From contig JBFWYV010000001.1 of the NCBI GenBank assembly GCA_050186055.1, positions 1 to 51,795 on the forward strand: a DNA stretch of 51,795 bases, written 5' to 3'. The stretch is from Hyphomicrobiaceae bacterium (GTDB taxonomy: Bacteria > Pseudomonadota > Alphaproteobacteria > Rhizobiales > Hyphomicrobiaceae). Under the pieces are notes generated by a model. That model ran no database searches. It was not told where the DNA came from and saw only the letters and a list, made by a program, of their open reading frames with translations. Positions 34,775-41,901 of the stretch are shown one piece after another. Each line of letters starts with the position of its first letter. Position 1 is the first letter of the stretch. A program made the translations under genes and the position numbers.

Positions 34775-35778
34775 TGAAGTGCAATCCTGTTGAACTCACG
34801 GATTTCCGGTATGCTGAGAAAATGCGGATTTGAACCCGAATCATAACCAAAGCCCTGCTCGACGACACTACCGGTTTCGCCCAACCCATTGCGCGAATAA
34901 TCTACATCGACGTGATGAAAACGGATCGTCGGCTTTATTACAAAATGATCGGGAAATCGCAAAGTGAGGTGCGAATCATCTGGAGGGCACATGACCTCAT
35001 GAAGTTTTTCGCCGGGACGAATGCCGATTACTTTCTGTCTGATATTCGGAGCCATGGCGGTGGCCAGCTCATTGATGCGAACAGATGGAATCACAGGCAC
35101 GAACAACTCTCCGCCGTGCATGCGTTCAAAGGACTTCATCACGAATTCAACGCCCTGCTGAAGCGAGATCCAGAAACGTGTCATGCGAGTATCCGTGATG
35201 GGTAGGTGATCGGTGCGTTGGCGTATTAGGCTCTCGAAAAGCGGAACTACGGAGCCGCGAGAACCAACGACATTACCGTAGCGAACGACGGAAAAGCGAG
35301 TTCTGTGGCCCCCCGCCATGTTGTTGGCAGCTATGAACAATTTGTCTGAAGCCAGCTTCGTCGCACCGTATAAATTGATCGGTTGCGCCGCCTTGTCTGT
35401 TGAAAGTGCAATCACCTTGTCCACATTCGATTGAAGCGAGGCACGGATTACATTTTCAGCGCCATGGATGTTGGTCTTGATGCACTCCATGGGATTATAT
35501 TCGGCAGCCGGAACTTGTTTCAGCGCTGCTGCATGAACGACGAGGTCGATGCCCCTCATTGCCGTCGTCAGGCGATCAGCATCTCGCACGTCGCCGATGA
35601 AAAAGCGCATCGAAGACGCATCGAACAATCGCTGCATCTCATATTGTTTAAGTTCATCTCGCGAATAGACGACAACGCGACGTGGCCGGTATTTATCGAG
35701 TAGCGTGCGAACGAATTTTCGCCCGAAAGAGCCTGTGCCGCCAGTAATAAGGATATTTCTATCGTCGAACATTTTCAT
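34771..35778 (-). CDS. pseB: UDP-N-acetylglucosamine 4,6-dehydratase (inverting)
   Basis: ILITGGTGSFGRKF, VVYSRDELKQ, YGATKLASDKL (YxxxK). ATG 35778 (MKMFDDRN) is chosen because the 35898 start overlaps the upstream SDR gene. Confidence 0.9.
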   Translation of the reverse strand: MKMFDDRNILITGGTGSFGRKFVRTLLDKYRPRRVVVYSRDELKQYEMQRLFDASSMRFFIGDVRDADRLTTAMRGIDLVVHAAALKQVPAAEYNPMECIKTNIHGAENVIRASLQSNVDKVIALSTDKAAQPINLYGATKLASDKLFIAANNMAGGHRTRFSVVRYGNVVGSRGSVVPLFESLIRQRTDHLPITDTRMTRFWISLQQGVEFVMKSFERMHGGELFVPVIPSVRINELATAMAPNIRQKVIGIRPGEKLHEVMCPPDDSHLTLRFPDHFVIKPTIRFHHVDVDYSRNGLGETGSVVEQGFGYDSGSNPHFLSIPEIREFNRIALQ

Positions 35779-35828
35779 CTCATCTGTAAGCGTTTGGCAA
35801 AAACGCAAACCTTCATTGGCGGTAGCTA

Positions 35829-36671
35829 CTACCACACACTGCGGCCGCCATCCATCACGATGTTCTGGCCGGTCATGTAGCTCGACGCGTCCGAGCACAG
35901 GAACTGGACAATCGATCTGTACTCGTCCTTGTGCGCCATCCGGCCCATCGGGATCAGTCGGTGCAGCCGCTCCGTGAAGGCGTCAGGCTGACCGTTGAAC
36001 ACGCCGCCCGGAGACAGCGCATTGACGCGCACGCCCTTGTCGGCCCAGTAGGTCGCAAGATACTTCGTCAGGCCCACAAGCCCATGCTTGATGACCGAGT
36101 AGGTGACGGGCTTCACCGGCTGTTCGGCTTCGGCAGTCACGTTGTCCTGCCGGTAAAGTCGCTGGTCGGGCGCGATCACGCCGAGGTCCGACGCAATATT
36201 GAGAATCACGCCGTCGCCGCGCTCGGCCATGGCGGCCCCGAACACCTGCGCGCATAGCATGGCGCCGGTCAGGCCGACCGCGATCTCCAGGTTCCACTGA
36301 TCGAGGGCAAACCCCTCGAAGCGGGAGGCATGCATCAGGCCGGCGGCCGATGTGACCTTCGGATCGATGGCGGCATTGTTGACCAGGATGCCGACCCCGC
36401 GCCCGTCGCGCGTGAGCCGCTCGTTAAGGGCCGCAATCGATGCGGCCTGACAGACATCGAGCGCTGCCGCCATGCAGGTGGCCTTGGGCACGATTTCCTT
36501 CACGAACACGGCGGCATCGGCAGCGCTCGCCTCGTTGAGATCGCTCAGCACCACAAAAGCGCCGGTCTCGGCCAGCGCTGCCGCATGCTGACGGCCGAGT
36601 AGCCCGCCCGCACCCGTGATCAAGGCCGTGCGCCCTGTGAGATCGTAAGGCTTGGGAAGAATGGGCCTCAT
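35829..36671 (-). CDS. SDR-family oxidoreductase (classical SDR, 1 of 3)
   Basis: ALITGAGGLLG (TGxxxGxG), NNAA, YSVIKHG (YxxxK). The start at 36671 or 36677 avoids overlap with the upstream gene. Confidence 0.8.
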   Translation of the reverse strand: MRPILPKPYDLTGRTALITGAGGLLGRQHAAALAETGAFVVLSDLNEASAADAAVFVKEIVPKATCMAAALDVCQAASIAALNERLTRDGRGVGILVNNAAIDPKVTSAAGLMHASRFEGFALDQWNLEIAVGLTGAMLCAQVFGAAMAERGDGVILNIASDLGVIAPDQRLYRQDNVTAEAEQPVKPVTYSVIKHGLVGLTKYLATYWADKGVRVNALSPGGVFNGQPDAFTERLHRLIPMGRMAHKDEYRSIVQFLCSDASSYMTGQNIVMDGGRSVW

Positions 36672-36699
36672 GCACATATCTCTCCGGATCGTTGTCACA

Positions 36700-37461
36700 T
36701 CATGCGCGGAGCTGACCACCGTCCGCAACCATCACCGTGCCGGTGATGAAAGCGGCGCGCGGCGAAGCGAGGAATGCAACTGCGTCCGCCACTTCTTCGG
36801 GCATGCCCAGCCGCGCAAGCGCCACCTCTCGTGTCAGCATGTCCTCGACGCTGTCGCGGTTCTCGGCCAGCTTGTGTGCCCAGGTTCCGCCTTCGAACAG
36901 GATATTGCCGGGCGCCACGGCATTGATCCGTATACCATCTCGAGCCAGTGGCCTGGCAAGACCTCGTACCGTCGCATTGAGCGCTGCCTTGGCCGCGGAG
37001 TAGGTTACCGGTGCGCCAAGTGCGGCGAGGCCGCAGATTGAGGAGACCGCAACGATCGACCGGTCGCCCTCGCCGTTGCGCATCAAGGGGCGCGCGGCAG
37101 AAATCGTGCCGGTGGTCGCAAACAGGTTGAGGTCCATTACCCGTCGCCACTCGGCGTCCGTCTCGTTGCCGGGCGGCACCGAGGCGCCGCTGCCGACGTT
37201 GCACACCAGGATATCGAGACGTCCCCAGCGTGCACCAACGTCGTCGATGAGCCAGTGCGTCTCGGCATCGTTTTGTACGTCTGCTTTGTGAATCGATACG
37301 TCAGCCGCAATGGAGGCCTTGGCTCGCTCCAGCCCTTCTCCGTCGCGGGCGTTGAGCGCGACCTTGCAGCCCTCGCGCGCCAGCGCCGACGCAATGGCAA
37401 GGCCGATCCCCCGACTTGCCCCGGTCACGAGTGCGACTTTGCTGGCAAGGCCGAGATCCAT
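36700..37461 (-). CDS. SDR-family oxidoreductase (FabG-like, 2 of 3)
   Basis: ALVTGASRGIGLAIA, YSAAKAAL, and the C-terminal ITGTVMVADGG. Its ATG directly abuts the upstream stop (TGAATG). Confidence 0.8.
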   Translation of the reverse strand: MDLGLASKVALVTGASRGIGLAIASALAREGCKVALNARDGEGLERAKASIAADVSIHKADVQNDAETHWLIDDVGARWGRLDILVCNVGSGASVPPGNETDAEWRRVMDLNLFATTGTISAARPLMRNGEGDRSIVAVSSICGLAALGAPVTYSAAKAALNATVRGLARPLARDGIRINAVAPGNILFEGGTWAHKLAENRDSVEDMLTREVALARLGMPEEVADAVAFLASPRAAFITGTVMVADGGQLRA

Positions 37462-38334
37462 TCAGGCACCCGCCGCGATCCAGCCCAGCACCATGTCCTG
37501 GTAGCGCGCGAGGGCACCGGCGTGATCGCCGTCGGCCGCACGCGCCGTTTGCAGCACGTAGTTGCCGGCATAGCCGTTCTGCTCAAGCAGCCGGATGGCG
37601 CGGCCAATCTCTGCCGCTCCGGTCCCAAGCGGCACGGTTGTTCCGCCGCGCACGCGGTCTTTCACATGCACATGCGCGATCCGATCGGCGTAGGCCACGA
37701 TCTCTTCGCCGCAATCGTAGCCGAGCGCCGCACTGTTTCCGATGTCGTAGTTGATGGCGTACGCCTCGGCCGGCAGCCGTTCGATGAAGTGCCTCAGCGT
37801 GTCGGGCGCGTAGTCGGATTCGAACGCCACCAGGACACCGCGCCGGCGTAGATCCGCGGTCCGCTCTGCCAGGACGTCGACGAGCACGGCCTCCTGAGCC
37901 GCAGTCTCCAGCGATCCGTTGTCGACCAGCGGCACCACGACGGTGCCAACGCCTAGCGCTGCAGCAGCGTCGATCACGGTGTCGAACTCGGCAATCAAAG
38001 CATCCCGCTCGGACCCCGCTACTTTCCAGAACGGTGCCTGCATGAACAGGTCGCCGGTCAGTGCAGCGACGCTGATGCTGTTTTGTGCAGCGAGCGCGCG
38101 GATCTCCTGCCGGCCGCCGTCCGTCATGATTGGGTTCTCGGACAGGTGGTCGTGGTCGAGCGTCCATTCGATCAGCTTGAGCCCAAGCCGGGCCGCGCCC
38201 GGAAATTCAGCCTCCCAATCATCCCACGGGAACGCCTGGATCTTGCCGTCGACCAGCGGTGACAGCCGCCCTTGCATGAAGCCGAGGCGCTCCGCCGTAG
38301 GTCGCTTCGCGCGCGTTGAAGTGTTGGCGGTCAC
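37462..38334 (-). CDS. Sugar phosphate isomerase/epimerase (xylose-isomerase-like TIM barrel)
   Basis: LGFMQGRLSP..GLKLIEWTL..VVVPLVD..LVAFESD..NYDIGNSA..HVHVKD is the typical AP_endonuc_2/IolE-like pattern. The proposed GTG start at 38334 forms a GTGA overlap with the upstream stop. The Met of MQGRL is an alternative, and the 38454 start overlaps the upstream gene by about 120 nt. Confidence 0.7.
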   Translation of the reverse strand: MTANTSTRAKRPTAERLGFMQGRLSPLVDGKIQAFPWDDWEAEFPGAARLGLKLIEWTLDHDHLSENPIMTDGGRQEIRALAAQNSISVAALTGDLFMQAPFWKVAGSERDALIAEFDTVIDAAAALGVGTVVVPLVDNGSLETAAQEAVLVDVLAERTADLRRRGVLVAFESDYAPDTLRHFIERLPAEAYAINYDIGNSAALGYDCGEEIVAYADRIAHVHVKDRVRGGTTVPLGTGAAEIGRAIRLLEQNGYAGNYVLQTARAADGDHAGALARYQDMVLGWIAAGA

Positions 38335-39101
38335 GTCACCAGCCCCTTTGCCGTCCAGCCGCCATCGATTATGATCTCCTGGCCGGTCATGTAGGCCGAG
38401 GCATCGGACGCCAGAAACAGCGCCGCCCCGACGAGATCGTCCGGCTCGCCCCACCGATCGAGAATGGTTTGCCGCCGCCGCTGTGCATTGAGCGCCGGGT
38501 CGCGATAGCTCGCATCCGTCATCGCCGTATGCACGTAGCCCGGCGCCAGAGCATTGACCCGAATCCCGTCGGCGGCAAGATCGACCGCAAGCGCGCGCGT
38601 CAGGCCCGTCAGGCCCGCTTTCGCCGCCACGTACCCTGGATTGCCGGGAAAGCCGCGGCTCGAATTGATGCTGGTGACGTTGACGATAGACCCGCGGCCG
38701 GACGCCTTCAGGAGGCGTCGCGCCGCGAGTACTGTCGCATAGACTGAGACCAGATCGGCCTCCAGTGTCGTTCGGAACCGCTCGATCTCCTCGGACGGCG
38801 AGCCGTTGCTCGGTCCCAATGAGATGCCGGCCGCGTTGATCAGAACATTGAGTTGCCCCGCATCCGCGCCGATCGTCGAAAAAGCAGCCTCGACTGCAGC
38901 AGGATTGGAAACATCGCAGGAAAAGGCTTGCACGCCTTCAGAGCCGGTGCCGCTGCGGCTGAGCCCATAGACCCGCGCGCCTGCCGTGGCTAGCCCGGCA
39001 GCGATCACCGCACCGATCCCGCGCGATGCGCCGGTGACTGCGGCGGTACGGCCGGCCAGCCCGAACCGCTTGGCGAGGGCGTCAGCCGGTGCGTCAGGCA
39101 T
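38331..39101 (-). CDS. SDR-family oxidoreductase (3 of 3)
   Basis: AAVTGASRGIGAVIA, NAAG, YVAAKAGL, MTGQEIIIDGG. Confidence 0.8.
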   Translation of the reverse strand: MPDAPADALAKRFGLAGRTAAVTGASRGIGAVIAAGLATAGARVYGLSRSGTGSEGVQAFSCDVSNPAAVEAAFSTIGADAGQLNVLINAAGISLGPSNGSPSEEIERFRTTLEADLVSVYATVLAARRLLKASGRGSIVNVTSINSSRGFPGNPGYVAAKAGLTGLTRALAVDLAADGIRVNALAPGYVHTAMTDASYRDPALNAQRRRQTILDRWGEPDDLVGAALFLASDASAYMTGQEIIIDGGWTAKGLVT

Positions 39102-39816
39102 AGCCGTAGCCCCGCATGATGACCTCGCACAGCTTGATGTCTTCGATCCTGTCGATCTGGAACATCTTGTGGCGTTCCATCAGGTAGAACCCGATCCGAC
39201 CGCCCAGCCGATTGTTGTTCTCGCGCAGCAGGCTTGGAGGGAAGACATAGAAGGAGCCGTTCTCCAGAAAACGGCGCTCGATCTCCTGCCGTCGCCGGCG
39301 CGTGCGATAATCATAGTTGACCGCCTCGGCTTGCCCGTCCTTGTCGAGCCGCCAGTTGAAGAAATCCTCCACCTCGCACACCGACAGCAAGCTGTCGTAT
39401 CCTTCGCGCTCATAGAGTTCGAGCGCGTCCGAAAGGTCGTTGGGCCCGCGGACCGGCGACGTCGCCTGCAGCGCCACGATCCGCGTGAACGGACCTTCTG
39501 TTGCCTCCACGCTGTCGAGCGCATGCCGCCACGCCGACTCGGAGGTCGCCGTGTCGCTGGAGATCGCGTCGGGACGTTTGATGCCGATGGCGCCATGGGC
39601 GCAGGCGACATCGAGGATCTCATCGCTGTCGGAGGAAAGCACTACGACGTCGATGCCCTTGGCATCGCGCGCCTGTTCGACGGTCCATGCAATCAGCGGC
39701 TTGCCGCAGATCTCGAGAAGGTTCTTGCGCGGTATGCCTTTCGAACCGCCTCGCGCGGCGATCACCGCCAGCGTGCGCTGCGGACCGGCGTCGCGCCGGC
39801 GAACTTGCGCCGTCAC
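39094..39816 (-). CDS. Acylneuraminate/ulosonate cytidylyltransferase family (NeuA/KdsB-like), second copy in the locus
   Basis: LAVIAARGGSKGIPRKNLLEICGKPLIAW, LQATSPVR. The GTG start forms a GTGA overlap with the upstream synthase stop. Confidence 0.8.
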   Translation of the reverse strand: MTAQVRRRDAGPQRTLAVIAARGGSKGIPRKNLLEICGKPLIAWTVEQARDAKGIDVVVLSSDSDEILDVACAHGAIGIKRPDAISSDTATSESAWRHALDSVEATEGPFTRIVALQATSPVRGPNDLSDALELYEREGYDSLLSVCEVEDFFNWRLDKDGQAEAVNYDYRTRRRRQEIERRFLENGSFYVFPPSLLRENNNRLGGRIGFYLMERHKMFQIDRIEDIKLCEVIMRGYGYA

Positions 39817-41771
39817 AGCCTGCCCTCCAGCCGCGCCAGTGCGGTCCAGAAGCCTTCGCCCATGTTCTTGTGCCCCTGCCAGATCTCGGGGATGAAGGAT
39901 GCGCCCGGAGCATGCTCGGCCAAGGTCTTGCCGAGCGCATCGAAATCAATCTCGCCGTCCTCGATTTGCAGACCCTCGCCGTCCAGCCCCTTGGCATCGC
40001 CCAGATGAAGATGCGCTGTATGCGGACCAAGCGCCGCGAGCCCTTCCAGAAAATCGAAGCCGAAATGATTGGATGCAAGCCGGGTATGCGAGATGTCGAC
40101 ACACATCCTCAATCCGGTTCTGGCACAGAATGCCGCCGACTCCTCGGGGAAGATGAAGATGTTCTGATGTCGTTGCCCGCCGAAGTGCCATGGGAACGGC
40201 GCCATCGTCTGCGGGATCAGCTCGACGCCCGTCATGTCGAGTTCGCCGAGGCTCATCTCGAAAATGTCGTAGCGCCGCGCTTTCTCGTCGGCGGGCAGCG
40301 GCGCGTCGCGCGTGAAGCCGCCTACATTGGCGACGATCATCGGCCGCTCCGTACGCGGGAAGAAACGCTTCAATCCGCGCGTGATGTCGATCACGCGCTG
40401 CGTCTCTTTGATCGAGATCTGCCGTTCCTCTTCGTCTGGCGTCGCCATATCCATCAGCCGGCTGCCGGCGAACAGCTCAGGTGCATGGACGACGAAACCG
40501 ATTTCGTAGGTCCCTTTGAGATAGTCGGCCGGGTCGCGGTCCATGTCCTGGTAGCTCAGGTGGAACTCGATCAGATCCGGCCGGCAGATCTTCAGAAAAC
40601 GCTCCGTATCGTGATAGCGCACCGGCACCCCCCACGGGCGGCTGAACGTATAGGCGCGCGCCTTGTCGCCGCCCGCCTCCAGGTCGGAGGCAAAGAAGTA
40701 GTCGTCCTTGCGCATCGCCCGTGTCAGGGTGCGGCCGACCAGCCGCGGCATCGCCAGCGGCGACACGCCCTGGCCCGGGCTGCGCACTGCGATGTCGCCT
40801 TCGCCAATCACGGCACCGGCTTCAAGGTCACGAGCCGCCACGAGGCTCTTGGCCAGGTTCTCGCGGTTGATGAGTTCGCCCTGGCTCAGTCTGCGCTCGC
40901 CCGCATTGCTCTCGGCTGCGCCATCTCCCATCGCCGCTTCGATTTCGCGAATGCCGCTGACCAGCGTCGAGAACTCGGCCGGCTCCAGGCTCGCGGCGTG
41001 ATCCGGTCCCTCCATGGTCCTGTCGAGCGTGATGTGACGTTCGATGATCGATGCGCCGAGCGCGACTGCGGCCTGCGATACGGCGACCCCGCGCTCATGC
41101 CCCGAATAGCCGACGGGCATGTGCACCTGCGCAAGCTGCCGCATGAAGCGGAGGTTGATATTGTGGAATGCGGCCGGATACGTGCTCTGGCAATGCAGCA
41201 GCGCATACGCGGCGCCGCGCTTGTCCAGATAGTCCGTAACCGTCGTGATTTCTCCGATCGTGCTCATGCCGGTCGACAGGATCATCGGCTTTCCCGTCGC
41301 CGCGATCACTGTGAGCAACGGCAGGTTCGTCAGATCGGCCGACGCCACCTTGAAGGCGGCAACGCCGAACCCGTCGAGCACCGCCACGCTCGCCGGGTCC
41401 CATGGCGTGCAGAGATAGGTGATGCCGGCTTGTTCGCAATAGGCCGCGAGGCGTTGGTGATCCGCGGTCCTGAGCTCGAATCTGCGCAGCAGATCGAGCG
41501 TGTATTCGACGGCAAGATCATCCTCGCGGCCTTCCAGCGTCGCGGCCCGATAGACCTGATCCAAATGCCGCATCTGGAACTTGGCGCAGTCGGCGCCCGC
41601 CGCGATCGCAGCATCCACCAGCGCGATCGCCCGGTCGAAGTCGCCGTTGTGATTGTTGCCGATCTCGGCGATCACGTAGCAGGGATGGCCAGGACCGACG
41701 GTACGCGGACCGATTTTCAGCTCGGCACGGCCTTTGTCCGCCCGCGAGCCGTTGGCATTGCCGTCCATCAT
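39813..41771 (-). CDS. Fusion protein: NeuB-family PEP-condensing ulosonic acid synthase + SAF domain + C-terminal xylose-isomerase-like TIM barrel
   Basis: N-half: CYVIAEIGNNHNGDFDRA, KFQMRHL, FKVASADLTNL, ILSTGMST, GYSGHERG, IERHITLD, and SAF (AKSLVAARDLEAGAVIGEGDIAVRSPG). C-half (about aa 385-652): IEFHLSY..VVHAPE..IVANVGG..ISHTRL..HLHLGD, typical of AP_endonuc_2/sugar-P isomerase barrels. Confidence 0.75.
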   Translation of the reverse strand: MMDGNANGSRADKGRAELKIGPRTVGPGHPCYVIAEIGNNHNGDFDRAIALVDAAIAAGADCAKFQMRHLDQVYRAATLEGREDDLAVEYTLDLLRRFELRTADHQRLAAYCEQAGITYLCTPWDPASVAVLDGFGVAAFKVASADLTNLPLLTVIAATGKPMILSTGMSTIGEITTVTDYLDKRGAAYALLHCQSTYPAAFHNINLRFMRQLAQVHMPVGYSGHERGVAVSQAAVALGASIIERHITLDRTMEGPDHAASLEPAEFSTLVSGIREIEAAMGDGAAESNAGERRLSQGELINRENLAKSLVAARDLEAGAVIGEGDIAVRSPGQGVSPLAMPRLVGRTLTRAMRKDDYFFASDLEAGGDKARAYTFSRPWGVPVRYHDTERFLKICRPDLIEFHLSYQDMDRDPADYLKGTYEIGFVVHAPELFAGSRLMDMATPDEEERQISIKETQRVIDITRGLKRFFPRTERPMIVANVGGFTRDAPLPADEKARRYDIFEMSLGELDMTGVELIPQTMAPFPWHFGGQRHQNIFIFPEESAAFCARTGLRMCVDISHTRLASNHFGFDFLEGLAALGPHTAHLHLGDAKGLDGEGLQIEDGEIDFDALGKTLAEHAPGASFIPEIWQGHKNMGEGFWTALARLEGRL

Positions 41772-41901
41772 CGCGTCCTCTCACGCGGTTGCAGTCTCGG
41801 GTCCCGGCGACGCCACGGTTCGATGCGCAATTGCAGGCCCGCGCCCATGGCGCAGGCCGCGAACGCCTGCCTTGCGCCGCAACACCGACCCGCCGGCACC
41901 G

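Noticed and set aside
41772-41901. 130-bp GC-rich spacer between the kinase and NeuB-fusion genes as a riboswitch or attenuator
   Set aside because: Only short (6-bp) potential stems such as gcaggc/gcctgc were found, and no recognisable riboswitch core or U-tract. There is insufficient structure to support a call by eye.
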